From Raillietiella orientalis (Eukaryota): a stretch of DNA of 64,000 nucleotides. Under the pieces are notes generated by a model. It had not been told where the DNA came from, did not search any database, and worked only from the letters and a program-made list of their open reading frames with translations. Where the stretch lies: contig JAYWIR010000031.1 in assembly GCA_036172245.1 (NCBI GenBank), positions 806,001 through 870,000 of the forward strand, read 5' to 3'. Shown in pieces: positions 1-13,363 of this stretch; position 1 is the stretch's first letter; the number at the start of each line of letters is the position of its first letter. The position numbers and the translations under genes are program-made.

Positions 1-1650
1 GTTCAAGTTGCTAATAAATGTCTATAGTAAGTATGATTTTTGATTACTTTATCGTTTACATGTTGTAATGTGTTTGGTAACAAAAAAACCTGATGTATTT
101 GAAACAATATTGCCAGGAACGGAAATTCAAAAAAAAAAGAAGTTTGTAGGGCGTGTTCTGAATTCGCCAGAATCGTAGTTTTATCACCAAAAACCGTAAT
201 CATAACGTTTGTTATGCTGTCTGTATTATCCGTTCCTGTCTTGCAAACGGTAATCCACGACCAAACAGTAATGGATGATGGTGGATCATCGCTTTGTCAA
301 AATTTCTGTCAAAAATTTTAAATGAAAACAAACTTGATTCTTGGTTGCAACTTTGATTTCTTTTTTGGAATGAATTTTTTTTTTTTTATTATTGCATGTA
401 ATTATCCCTGTTTACTATTGATGTCTTTGCCCAGTAGATCAGATGGAGTGTTTTTCTTGCTTATGAGTTTATTAAAAATCTAATCCTTATAACATCCATA
501 GCATGGGATCCGTGAGCCAATCTGCTAAACTTCATAACCAAAAAAGAGTTCAGTAATATTTTATTTCAGCTTTGGGTGGCGTATATTTTCGATATTTTCT
601 AATTGAAACCTCTTTTCATGTCTATATATATATATCACTTCCTTAAGTGCATCTTTGTTTATGTTTTAAATCTATATTTCCATCTTTTCTTTGGCTTATG
701 TATAGTAAATGAGTTTTGGCAATAGTCCTTGCAATCTTAACATAGTTTGTTTAGATGGAATTTAGAAATGATTGTTTGAAAGTTCTTTATGAGATGAGAG
801 AAATGGTAAGCTTGAGGAATTTGATTTTCTGAAAGTATGCAAAGTTTAAAAGGTTCACTTAGAATTAGTGCTTTGCATTTACTTTAGAAAATTCATTTCA
901 CATTTTTACAGTTATACAGCTGTTCATTTATTATGATTCAAATCTTGATAGGTAGTATTTGCAGCATTACAGAGATGATTATATTTCGCGTTTAATTAAT
1001 TCGAGATTTTATGGAATATCCAATTTCACTTTCCTTTTGTGATTATTTTATGGTATTTTTGTAGATTATAGAATATGCTTATATAAGCTTTGGGGAAAAT
1101 AATGTCACCCGTATTTGCTAATAAGCATTATATGCGACTACTGTATTGGTACCGAACACAATTAAAAGTAATGTATTAATGCTAAAAAATTCTCTAGAAA
1201 TCATCTTGTGTGAGTTAAATGTATTTTATTTGTATACATTTGCAAGTTTGGTGTTCTGTGTTTCTTTGCATTCTTTATGTATTCTATTATTTTGTTGTAA
1301 AACGGTTTTTAAAATTTCAATTTTCATAGATTTTTACTTTTGTTGTAAATGTAAAAAGTGATTGGTTATACGTGGATTGCAAACAAAAGTGTTTGTCATT
1401 TGTATGTTCAGTAATGTTTAGCAATGCTTAAATGTTATTCCACATATCTCGCTCCCTGATTTTGTCTCCATGATTTCACTGTATGTTCTTGGTTTTGTTT
1501 CCAGTGATCTTATCTTTATTTATCTTGTTAATGCTTGATTTTGTCATAGTTTGGTGTTGGATATCTCTACAACCTGTGATATGATGTTCCTGTGGGCTCC
1601 TGTGAAATACATGATTACATCAATTGTGTTTCTGCCATCAGTATTTTAAG

Positions 1651-2253
1651 ATGAATAGTTCCCAAATTTCAAGAATGGGTACTACGTTTCCTTGTTGTGT
1701 CTGCAATAGTATTATAGAACTTAGCAATGAGTTGGAGTTGCATCCACTTCTCAATTTGCATACCTGCCTTCCAGGAAGCATGGAATCTGTTAAAAAAAAA
1801 GTCATATCATTGTTCAGCAATGTTGATGTTACATTTGCCAGTGAAGTCATTTGTTCTTGTTGTTTCAATCTTCTGTCCAAGATTGATCAGCTGGAGCAGA
1901 AATTATTGACTGCTAGAGATGACTTCATTAACAAGTTCAATGATACTTTGTATTCCAATGGGCTTCAACCTTTGATTGTTGCTCTGGATATAGACAAATA
2001 TAAGAATCTGGGATTTAATAATAAGGAAAAAACCAGTATTAAAGCTAGAAATATTGGAGAAAAAACTGACAGCTCTCTTTTGGACCTTCCAAAGTCTGAT
2101 GAGTGCTATTTAGAAGAATGTGCTGAAGAACTACTGGATGATGCAGAGTTAAATATTAGTGAACATGAAACACTTGTTTCAGAGGATGATCCTAAAAGGA
2201 AGAGAGGAAGACCTCCAAAAAGAAAACGGGTGAAAGTTGTTAACCAAAACAAG
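1651..2253 (+). CDS. Coding exon 1 of a ZAD (zf-AD-like) / AT-hook / C2H2 zinc-finger transcription factor
   Basis: ATG at 1651 follows the acceptor tttctgccatcag (ends 1641). Two CxxC pairs (FPCCVC...VICSCCFNLLSKIDQLEQKL) have ZAD-like spacing and a trailing helix. AT-hook/NLS KRKRGRPPKRKR. Donor AAG|gtgatt after 2253, phase 0. Confidence 0.85.
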
Positions 2254-4243
2254 GTGATTACAATGACCATATTTGGTCATTTTAATTTTATTAGCATGTG
2301 GGTGTCTAATTGTTTTTCAGTGTCTGTTTCATTTTTATAATGTTTTTGATGTTTTTGCCTTGTAAAATTTTTGTTGTATGTTTTAAGAAATATAAATTAG
2401 CCAACTTCATTGTATGATTGCCTTTTGTGATGAATAGTCATTTTATTTTATATTTGTAATTCTTTATTATTATCATGGTAAGCAAAGAATCTTTCTACAT
2501 AGTAGTATGTTTTTCACCATTGCTAGCCAGTAACCTGTTTTTAAATTTTAATTGTGATGGTATATATCACCTAGAATGCATTTGGTTTTAAAATTTTCAA
2601 GCTGATCATAATAAAGTACAGTGCTAGATTGATCTTTTCTTATAATTATAGGAAGTATCAACTTTAATTTCATTCTAACTTTTCATTTGTTTCTTTTTAA
2701 TCATTGTTTTTGTGATTATTTGGAGTCGACTTATTTTGTTGGTTTAAATCAGAGTGTGATTAAATTTGCTGAAAATGATATTCAGAATTTTGTTCCAGTT
2801 TCCATTTTCATATCAGGACGTAATGCAGTTGAAATTTTTGCATTTTCAAAAAAATGAGGAGTTGTATTGTTTTTTCTTTGTTTTTTTTTATCTATTTTAT
2901 TTTTTTTGCCAAATAAATTGCTGCTACTTACTGCAATGGTTTTCATATGCGAGTAATACTTTGATGAAACCACACAAGTACTGTAAACTGCAAAAGACTC
3001 AAATTTATTTTGAAGTTGGAGCCAAGACCAAATTCTTGTCAAATGCTAAATTCAGCTGCTTCATATAAATGGTTTCTATTTATTAAAGGAAATTTGCTTA
3101 GATTTCCGAAAAGCATAAAGATTTCGATGTCAGAAGGCAATTATCAGGGAGTTTTTGATTTACAGTAATAATATGACATAAACTGTATATGGCCATGAAA
3201 AACAATATCTACAAAATTTCTTTATTTTGTTGCCCCGCATTTTGAATTTTTAGGAGGAAATGAAAAATTTGCTTACAGAATTAGATTGTTCAACCTGCTG
3301 CTTTTATTGATTTGATGCGTTTGTGTGTTTTATTTAGTACATAGTTTTACAATTTGCCATTTTTTATTAGCTTATGTTTGTATGTATGTTTATGTTTGTA
3401 TTCATTTTTGCTTATCATTTTATTTATCCCCAAATTTTGCATTTTGGTGTGCAGAGATTTTGGAAAGTTTTTAACTTATAATTGCAAAAATTCTAATATG
3501 TGGCTTGAAATTCTATGGATTCTTATAAAGATTAAAAGACCATTAATAAAATCATAATTGGTTTTCTATGGTCTTGGCATCCAGGAGAGAAAGTACAATT
3601 CTCTATAAATATTTGACCATTATTGCTCAGTTTATTACCATAAATTGGATGTGTAGAATATTTGGAAAATGAAGTGTTTCAGCACTCTAAACCATTCAAA
3701 CCATTTACTCAATGATTATTTTTGTGTTATTGTTTCCTCAGTGCTTATTGTATGTCAGGCATGTCTGTTGTATGTGAATTTTTTTATTGCATTGTATTTC
3801 TTGATAATTTTGTTTTTTCCATCCCCTCCAAGAAATTGCTCTCATTCGTACAGCCAGACAACAAAGGCATTTTGTGGACATTTGGAAGGCTGAAACAATT
3901 CATGAATACGTGTAGCGAGTTGTCTTGATTGATACCATGTTCGTATGTTCATCTAGGTTAAAACCCCTAGAGCATAATTCTTTTGAGAAAGCGTACATTT
4001 TGATTTCTATATTTTATTCTGAGAATTTAGTCAAACAGCAATAATGAGTAGTGCTTGGTTTCCAGCTTGCAATGCATCATTTGATGAATTAAATCATAAT
4101 TAAACTGGCAATTTGCTACATACATTACTGTAAAATAAATAAAAAGTTAAGCTTTTTGCACATTGATGCCTATATGGTCCACGTTTTTGTAATATTGTGT
4201 TTTTTTTTTTTTTTCTTTTTTTCTTTTTCTCTCCCGTCTCTAG

Positions 4244-5653
4244 AATTTAAGCTTCTCCAGAGAATTGAAAGCAGATGAAGATTCTTCTGGCACTGGTGAG
4301 GATAGTATGAATCAGTTGTATGCAGAACTCAATGGCAAAGATGAGGTAACTGAAATAGAAATGAAAGAAGAGGAAGGAGATTCTCCTTTCCTGAAAGAGT
4401 TTTTGCAAAATAGAAAGGTCTGCCCTTCTTGCAAACGTGTGTTCAGTCGCCCTCGGGATACACTCCGTCATATGTATGGGACTTTATGTCGTAAATGTGG
4501 TGAAAAGGCTCCAGCTACACTTAAGTGTTTTGAGAGTCGCCATTTTGATGGCTCAAGTTTTTTGTGTAAAATCTGTGGGCAAAGCTTTGAGCTTAAATGT
4601 CAATTAGATCAACACATTGAAGCCAATTATCTTAATAGTGAAGGCCGTTATCAGTGCCCAAAGTGTGAGAAAAGCTTCAATATTTATGTGCTATTGGCCT
4701 ATCATTTTGGTATCCATGGTGATGTTGCTTATCGTCATTATCGTTGCTCCCAGTGTGAAGCAGCATTTACTTCCCCAACTGATCTTCGCCATCACATGCA
4801 AAAACATGAAGGTGGTTTTAAATGCAAGATTTGCCCTGAGCAGTTCCCCTCCCTGGGAAAGTGCAAACGCCATTTCAAAAACGAGCATTTTCCTGAGGAT
4901 AATAGCTGCGAGATGTGCGGCAAAAGTTTCTCATCTGCTTGGAGTCTTAAGCTTCACCTTCGTGGTGTTCATGCACAAGAGAAGCTGTATAAATGCAAAT
5001 CTTGCTCTAAGGAATTCGGTCATCAGGGCAATTTTCGGGAGCATATGGCTACTCACAGTGGTCGCAAGCGATTAGTCTGTGATATTTGTGGCTATATGAC
5101 CAACTTCAGTGGAAATATGTCAAAGCATCGTAAACGTCGCCATCTTAAACCACAAGCAGTTCGTACTGAGGAACAAACAACTGCAGTATCTGCTCCAGCT
5201 GCTCCAGTGCATATGAGTACAGCAACTGGTCAAACTGAGTTTCTGACACTGACCACAGTGCCCAGTGGAAGCACATCCCAGGTCAATGTGTATATGGACT
5301 CAACTGATGCCAACAACATTAAGTTGCTAGAGGCTGTTGACTTGGGTGGTGAACGGCCAGTCTACATTTGTCTAGAAAATCTTCAACAGCTACCCCTTTC
5401 ATTAGAAAATTCATTTATGAGTGCTGAGAGTTTGCAATCAGCTTTCGCATTAATAACCCCATCAGAAGACCCAAAAGATGATCAATCCACCCAACAAGAT
5501 TTGGCTACTTTAGCTTTGGTGAAGACTGAGGATTTGGATAAGGATTTGAACTTGTCTGCTTTTAAGCTAGAACTCGGGGATTTTGTTGATCCTCAGTCTG
5601 TAAAACTGGAAGAACCAGTTTGTATGGGACATGTGATTAGTGAATCACCTTGA
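4244..5653 (+). CDS. Coding exon 2 of the same gene: C2H2 zinc-finger array and acidic C-terminal tail (spliced product 670 aa)
   Basis: A long polypyrimidine tract ends in tag at 4243. Phase-0 joining gives ...NQNK|NLSFSRELKADED, in frame with ORF 4265..5653. Six canonical CxxC-x12-H-x3/4-H fingers (CPKC, CSQC, CKIC, CEMC, CKSC, CDIC) follow about three degenerate ones. Stop TGA ends at 5653. Confidence 0.93.
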   Translation, partial: NLSFSRELKADEDSSGTGEDSMNQLYAELNGKDEVTEIEMKEEEGDSPFLKEFLQNRKVCPSCKRVFSRPRDTLRHMYGTLCRKCGEKAPATLKCFESRHFDGSSFLCKICGQSFELKCQLDQHIEANYLNSEGRYQCPKCEKSFNIYVLLAYHFGIHGDVAYRHYRCSQCEAAFTSPTDLRHHMQKHEGGFKCKICPEQFPSLGKCKRHFKNEHFPEDNSCEMCGKSFSSAWSLKLHLRGVHAQEKLYKCKSCSKEFGHQGNFREHMATHSGRKRLVCDICGYMTNFSGNMSKHRKRRHLKPQAVRTEEQTTAVSAPAAPVHMSTATGQTEFLTLTTVPSGSTSQVNVYMDSTDANNIKLLEAVDLGGERPVYICLENLQQLPLSLENSFMSAESLQSAFALITPSEDPKDDQSTQQDLATLALVKTEDLDKDLNLSAFKLELGDFVDPQSVKLEEPVCMGHVISESP

Positions 5654-5948
5654 GTCTTCACAATTGCTAGTCCTTTGTGCAATAATTCACCCTTCCTTAT
5701 TTCCTTATTTATATTTATTAATTATTTCTACTCTGGACCATTCACCCCTAATGTCATGTTCAGCTTAGACCTTTATTGATCTGTTGCTATGCTATGCCAA
5801 ATGTCAATTTAGTCATTGTTGAATCTCAAATGAGTTGCATCTCAATCTAGTCTCTTGTACCTTGCGGATGTTGTTATTTAGATGAAAAAATATATAATTA
5901 ATGGAGATTATGCTGTGTAACTCATTCAGTTGATCTGTGCTTACTGGG

Positions 5949-5954
5949 AATAAA
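5949..5954 (+). promoter_or_regulatory. Candidate polyadenylation signal of the ZAD-ZNF gene
   Basis: AATAAA about 300 nt after the stop, followed by GT-rich sequence. Another AATAAA precedes the A-run near 6530. Confidence 0.35.
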
Positions 5955-8900
5955 AGGAAGGGAGAAAAATTGTGAGTTTCTTAGCTTTTACAGAAGTGTT
6001 TGTAACAGAGTGTGCCGAATTTTTCAAAGCTAGAAGTTTCAAGAAACTGACTGACTATACATGTGTTTCAATAAGATTCACATGGTTTAAATTTGAACTG
6101 GAATCAATCTAAACAATTCTTATGAAGACTAATTCTATTAACACAACGGTTCTATTAACACAACGTTATTTTGTCGTTAAGGAGAGGAGGATTTCTTATG
6201 ATCTAAGTTCACTCAGTATGCTAATGTTAGCCATGATATCAGCAATGAAAATTGATGTTCTCGCAAAGCAAAACTGATTATGTGTTGTCCATAAGTACCT
6301 GAAAGCACTTTAATAGTTGTTCAATACAATGTACATTTCAAGTAGAATTCCTCTTTTAATCAGCATAGACTGGTGTTCAGCTGGATGTATATTCAATGAG
6401 CAAGTTACAGTGGATATTTACTTGTGCCTCTTAGACAGAAATATTAAACTTAGTTGCTACCATGTTGTGATCCATTTAGCACGTATCCTGCAGTGTTTAT
6501 TAAGCCCTTTGAAGTTATTGGATATGCAATAAAAAAAAAAAAAAAAAAAAAAAAGTCTCAGCATTTGGTATTAGAACTTTTTAAAAAAACAAAAAATACG
6601 AAAATTAGTTCATGTAACCAATGTTTTTTGGGAACTATGCTTCCATAACTATCTGATGGGACCATCTGCCAGCAAACTATGTGAATCTCTGGTATCCTAT
6701 TTGATGAAACCAATCATGTAAGTTCAGATATGTATAAAACCTTGCTCTGTTCACTTGGCAGTGATTATTACAAATGAATTCCTAGTTATCTTTGAGTCAT
6801 GTTTATGAGTATAAACGATTCATTTCTTTGCTCAGGATTTGCAATTCCGAAGTAAATTCATTTTTAATTGTAAAATTATGTTGGAAAGTGGTTTTTCCTT
6901 TGTGGCAATGTGCAGAGTTGAAATTTGTTAGTGCAAATACAAATGATACTCTCCATATTTCAAATTTATCAGTTTTTTAGGTATCCATTTATAAATTAGG
7001 GCTACGCAATTGTGTTGCAGTTTTGAACAGAGTTTTGACGAGTGGAAAGTAAATTGTTTTTTTTTTTTTGCTTTCAAGCCATTACTGTATTAACGTGTGG
7101 GGTTTTGCTGTTTGACTTTGGTGGTTTGCGGTGTTTTGAGAAATACTTTTCCTCATTACGAATGTTCCGTCGTGGGAGAACATTCGTTTTCTTTTGTACC
7201 GACCTCAGCTGGCGGCATCCCGCGTTGACGTTGACTTGCTTACTTCCCATCCCTGATCAGACCGTAGTTTTGGTTTCCACGTCGATCACAGAGTGAATTC
7301 ATTAAAGTAAGCATCAGGAAGTCCCGCCAAACCACATGACAACGAAACATCTGTTAAGGGGGTTCCCCAAATTGGGAGAATCAGGTGGTTGCGAAAGACC
7401 AGTGGCATCCTTGCGAAATTTAGCACGTTCCCCGCGATATGTGGTGAGCGAGAAGCTGCACAGTTAGATGGTGGTGAATCCAAAGCTCTCATCAGCATCT
7501 CACATCTCCACAAGTCCGAAGTGGTAGCTTAAGGCTTCTCATTTCGCCGAGAAGCAAATTGGGTTTTAACGTGTCGTTGTGAGTTTTCCGTTGAGCGTGC
7601 GTTTTGGTCGAAGGGACCTTCACTGCGAGAATCGGATTCGATGTCTTTGTAAAACATCGGATCTCGGGATCGAGATGTTTGCTGAGCCCCGGGCCGTGTC
7701 GCCACCAAGTAACATTCGGAAAGTTCCCGGAAGTGGGTTTCTCTTCGTCGGTGGCGGCGGCCGGGCAGCGCCATCGGACTTGCGCGAGGTGCTTTTGCAG
7801 GTGGGAAAGTTGTGGCTCCTATCTGCCTCGTTTGGGAATTTTCAACTGGCAGGGATTTTCCATTCCGCGTTGAGGTGGGGGTGAGTTTCAGTTTCCCCTT
7901 TCGTTCCTTCGCGTGGTACAGCCGATCTTTGGGGATAAGATTTCCATTACGTTCTCGGTGATTTGAAACTGCTTAGAAGGATCTCTTGAGGTGTGCTTCG
8001 CTCACGTGTACTGATGTACAAGAAAGATGGTCGTGTAGTTGCGGGCAACAAGTTGTCTGAAACGTTTGCTTTCGTATGGTGCTAGTGAAGTTCCTTTGAT
8101 CATTAAGTAATGTTGATTAGGAGTGCATAGGATACACGAAATTGTTTTTCCTTCTGCCGGTAGAATTCGGTCTTTTTCTGTATAATTGGTTTGCACGAGT
8201 CGCCGCACGTAATGTCTAAAAAGTGCTCGTAAACTGCGCACATTTTTCTTATACGTAGATATGTATACATATACAATGAAAAAAAATCTAATCTGATGAA
8301 CCTCGAATATCTATCGATGTGTTCATATCGATAGTAGTCGACCAGTTCGATACATTGGTAGAAGATTAGAATGTTTTTCAAAAAGCTTGCCATGAAAAGA
8401 GAAAAAAAAAAAAAAAAATCAAGAATTGCTCACGATCCATTTTCGGAGAGACATGTATTCTACTTGTACCAACTTAAAAGTTACTGCAGCGAGCAAGTAC
8501 CGTTTTTGTTCCATTGAAATAACCTGCGGGATTGTGAATTTGAACTTTTAGCTTAGGAAGATCACGAAGTGGAAGCATCCACAGATGAAATACAGTTTAT
8601 CTCTAGGAAAGCAGTCCTAAATTTTAGCAATATAGAATATGATTAGAATTATGATTTATTATTTTTCGAGGAACTAGTAATGGCAGTTTGATTTAGTGGT
8701 TTCTTCTATTTCATTCAGCTTTAATTTCATGGCATTCTATGCGTTGGTTGTGTGTCCTTCGTGCAAGTGAGCGAGGATGGCATACCGTTGCAGAAGAAGG
8801 CTCTAAAACTTACATATGGGTATCGTGGCACATCAGAAAAAGTGAACACCGGGATCATAGCCTTCCGTTAAGTCAGCTAATGGAGATAGGAACAGTAATT

Positions 8901-9043
8901 ATAGCTATTTAGAAGATAACAGTAATTATAGCTTTGTGGAAAGCTCATGTATTCTGTATGAGTAACAAATCTTAATGCATCCCGTACTCAATGCACGCGA
9001 GAATTTCACGAGCTTGGGTCCTCTCTTGAATCTGCTATTTAGA

Positions 9044-9068
9044 AGAGAGAGAGAGAGAGAGAGAGAGA
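9044..9068. repeat. (AG)n microsatellite
   Basis: Visible AG dinucleotide run. Confidence 0.9.
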
Positions 9069-12000
9069 AAAGCAATACTGTCAGCTTTCCACATTAAAAT
9101 ATTAAGGGATATTGCAATTTCCATTAATCTGAAAATTAAGGAAGTTTAAATCGTTTCGAAACAGCTCTCATTGGGAAGCCGTCGAGATAACTTTGTATCG
9201 CCCCCAAAGTTTTTAACGTATGCATTGTTTTTGCCCTCTAAGTGCATTTGATTTCTTTTTTTTTACGCATAAGATTTACTGTATACAAATATTGTACAGT
9301 TGTCCCTAATTCGTGTTGGATTCGAAACTTTACTGTGAAGTCTCTTAAGATGGAATCTTCATTCTAGCATGTTGGTTCATCGCTCAATTCAAGCTCTCCT
9401 TCATCAGCAAGCGAAAGCCATGCATGTCAGAGAACGTCTCAGATTAGTGCTCGATCGTCGTGCTTCACTCAGTACGCCAGAAAAGGATTCATAGGAAGGT
9501 AACGTTGTTATCAAGTTCAAAGAAAGAGGTCAGATCCACCACATCTAGGCGTTTTCGGGTTTGATCCGGCAACGTCTGCGTTTGCTGGACCGACGGGAAA
9601 GCTTGCTTGATCAGGATTACCAGAAGCGGAAGCAGCGTAGCTCATTTGGGTACAGTTGTAGGGCAGCTTGGAGGAGCTCAGCGAACTCTTTCACAGAATG
9701 GGGAACGTTGTCTTCCTTACTACGGAAGCTGTTCAAAAGTGTTTCGCTTAGTGGTCTTTGCAGGTGTGTTGAAAAGCTACTCACCATATGCGGGCAGGTG
9801 GTTTCTGAGGTTTTGTCATTCCCAAGGACCATTCAGTTCAGCACTTGGAGATTAAGGCAGGAATCAATCGTAAGAACACCCGAATCTCCAAGAATTAAAG
9901 CAGTTCCCCATCTCACAGATTTGTGAAACGATGGCATCTTGAAGGAAAACGCATGCTCTCTCGGAAATTCTACTTCCAAGTGATGCGGTCTTGAGAGACA
10001 GATGTTGACGCAGATCCCTGGTGCATCTTCCATGTGTGATTCTCAGTAGGGAACGCGAATACCCGTATTTGCCGTGTATGTAGGCAAGAGGATGGAGGCG
10101 TTACGAGAGCACGTTGCATCAGTGTAGTCTTTGTCCTGTGGAAATACGAGAGTGATGATGGCAGCTGCAGAGTGCACAGTGCCACATGAATGGTAGGAGT
10201 TTGTCGGGAACGCTCAACCTGGGAGATGGCATTTCAGGTGTATTGCGGTGCCGACAGGAAATCGCTCCCGCGACTGAGGCTGCTGCGCTTGAATCTGGAG
10301 CTATCTGTGATACCTGGTGACCACACCCTTAACCGCTCGAGCAGGACAGCTTACCACCCCGAGCTTGTTGTTTCGAAATTCTTTCGTGCCTTCAACTCTC
10401 TGCTTTTCTCCACGTTGCGCTGGCAGATCGTTTCGAGGTGTTGAGGAGAGAAAAAGACAGTGACAGTAGCTGTTGTTCACTGTAGCGCAAATGCTTTTGG
10501 GGGGTAAGGATCGGCTGAGACAGATTGCCTCCAGGAAGAGTGAATGTACTCTGTTAAAGGATCTTTCGCCTTTGGAGTGTTCCTCTCTCGGAGTGGGAGA
10601 AGAAAGTGAATATGGGGATAAAAAAAAAAAAAAAAAATCTTTAGCATTTCAAGCATGGGAAGTCATTGATTGTCTGTTCTTTTTATTGTGTTACATGAAA
10701 ATATTTTTTTTTTTTTTTTTTTTTTTTGTGATTCGACCTAAACATCGGACCAGTAGGCAGCCACGTGCATTGGGACTGAGATGCAGCTTGGCTAACAAAT
10801 TTTCCCTTGGGGAGGAAGATGCAGTTTGAAAATGCCGAACTTTCTTCCACGTAATTTCGTATTTTGTAACCTGCGCATCCTGAATCATGGAGGTGATCCA
10901 CGTTCATCTGAATGTTAAAAAGAAGTTGAAAACACGGGTATTACTCAATAAACGAAATGTTTTAAGAGCGGAATTCCTTAAGCATCGAAGATGAGTGCCT
11001 TAACAACAGCAGAATGCCAGGAACCCAATTCCCCGTCTTACGGGATCAGAGAACTCGATCTTTGTTTTACATTGTATCAGTTTGACAAGATAGTTTGTTG
11101 CCGTTGGTTACTCCAGGTACAGACAACGGGAAAGGGCTATCTACGCATACCACTTGCAGATCCCTTGGAATGGGTATTTTTATCGCGGCCTTCATTAAGG
11201 AGCGAAAGTTATGCAATTCAAATATTTCACAACCAAAGAGAAATTGCTGTTTCAGATTTTTGCTCAGAACCAGTAGGTTTACAAACGAAACACTCATCCG
11301 TTTTATTTATATAGAAAAAAACATGGGACACACGTAAGGGATCTTCCAATGCTTTTGAGTGTAAATGAAAAAACGAGACAGTTAAAAACATGACAACGTT
11401 TGGCTTTCTCATCACTTACGTTTTATAGTATTTTTCAGCTCCTTTGGTGCTCGGGGAAGAGAAGCAACAGAGGAGATTCGCTCCTGAAATATGACATCCT
11501 TGAGCTGAGAGAGCACGCTGATGTTTGAATTTCGGGTTCAATTACCAGCGGGAGAGCACGTCAGCGAGCAAAAGCAATATGCAGATTTCTTCCTTCGGAG
11601 GTTCCCAGTTTAGGGGACGTCCGCTTGGGTTCTGTGCTGAAATCTTTATGTGTCTCCAGGATAATTATCAGCGCAGATGGGCAAAAAGCATGGGGTACAA
11701 GTCAAGCCTTGGAAGAAAGAAACCCAAGCACGGAATGGCCTCAGATGAAGCCCGAAAGCATCCATAACATTCAAACAGGAAATTACATTAACCCTTGGAA
11801 TACCAATAAAACCCGACCGCACAGGAAGCCGTGTACACATATAGCTTACGCTGACACCCTTCACCCGAAGTATACCATTAAACTAAGTCATGTCTTATGA
11901 GATGTTCTATTCCTAATACGTTCCCGAGAGCAAATATCGTACATCCTTCCTTTTATGTACGTGCTTTATGATTTTGCCATGTACGTAACGTGAATCCATC

Positions 12001-13288
12001 TTGAGAATGCACAAGCAGCAATTGGACGAGAATTCCAATTATAGTATTCCACCTGTATTAACAAAAAAGCTTTACATGAAATTCAGATTATTAATTAAAG
12101 TTGCAAGCATTTTACTGTGTTGATGGTAGATTATTAGATGCATTTTTCCACAGGGTTTAGGCTTTTTACGCGTCTAATGGATACACTTTTCTAGGCTCGG
12201 TTTCTTTGCTGGCACTATATCGAACGGCACCATCAAAGTGCATGACTGTGACCATCCACTTAGCCTTCGGTTCTCCTGCGCGTGGAACTTCTGCAGACCA
12301 AAGCTGAAAGCAAAGGAATACAAATTTACAAAAGACAGCAGAATACCTAAATCATGATCTTCACATCAAAGTGATTAGAGTGAATTATACATAGAATAGT
12401 ATCAAATGGGTTAGCATTAGACGACTCAATCTCGAAAATGAATATCAATTTACATTCTTACGAGACATCCTCTTTCGAAATGGATTGAGAGCACCAACAG
12501 CTATCTGTGTGTTGGAAATAAGAATGGCCGTGAATGGACCTCATTAGTGGACACTCGATAGTATGGATTACAGCCTCGCAACTTTTACTCGGGAAAACAC
12601 AAAACTTCAGTAGATAACTCAGTGAAAACAACTGGGAAGATTTTTTTTTTTTTTTTCAAATCTTTGTAATAGGATTTTCGATCCATCTTTAGCATTTCTT
12701 TATTTGTTTTTTATTTCTTGCTTTGATTGCCGGAATCACACTCCAGCTTGGCACTTGTGTTTTCAAAAAGCGCCACCAAAAGGTGAAATGATAATCCCAA
12801 TCATCAAAAAGAATCCTGCTTGCAACGAATAGAAATGATCTATGAAGACTAAGGAATTATACATAAGTAAGTATGCAAACCACTTACTCAAAATTTTCAA
12901 AATTTAATCTAAAATAACGACCATGTGCAATGCATGTCCTCGGCCGCAATGTCTAAATTTGCCTGCTCATTCGTTTCCCCATTTATCGGAAGTGTTAATT
13001 TATGGAAACTTCACAGTTTCGAAAGCAGCCATTGGCAGATCGCTTCATGCAATGGGAAAATTCCAACCCCCAATACGACTGAATAATGAGATGCTGCAAA
13101 AGGTAACATCAAATAATCCAGAAGCCAATGCTACCCTCAAAACCATACAGTACCAGCAAAAAATAAGACCGAAGTGAGACGGATCCAAGTCGCACATTGG
13201 AATGGTATTAAAAGTCCGAGAGCGTAGTCAGTAATCATCTAAGGAAGGGGAAGGAATTCGGGAACAACATCCATGTGTGGTGATACAC

Positions 13289-13363
13289 TCAGTTTCTGCC
13301 GGAGTGTTCGAACCCGCGACGCATGGTGCCACGCGCGGAAGTCTTAACCGCAAAGCCTCCGAC
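13289..13363 (-). mobile_element. Solo tRNA-like head of the SINE-like family (copy D)
   Basis: Close match to 54605-54680 (cagtttctgc.ggagt.ttcgaaccc.cga.gcatggtgccacgcgcggaag.cttaacc.caaagcctcc). The minus strand reads an A-box-like GCTTTGCGGTTAAG and a B-box GGTTCGAAC. Confidence 0.75.

Noticed and set aside
1624..2340. 238-aa ORF as a stand-alone gene
   Set aside because: The non-ATG start lies upstream of the splice acceptor and the hydrophobic tail is intron read-through. The real exon is 1651-2253.
7675..7800. First coding exon MFAEPRAV...EVLLQ|gt in a CpG-rich patch
   Set aside because: No compatible downstream exon or recognisable homology.
8311..8334. DRE (TATCGATA) promoter element
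   Set aside because: The motif is present at 8326, but no supported gene start is nearby and a single 8-mer is expected by chance in 64 kb.
9280..10450. Minus-strand gag-like or other decayed coding sequence
   Set aside because: Protein-like stretches with stops, but no diagnostic motif.
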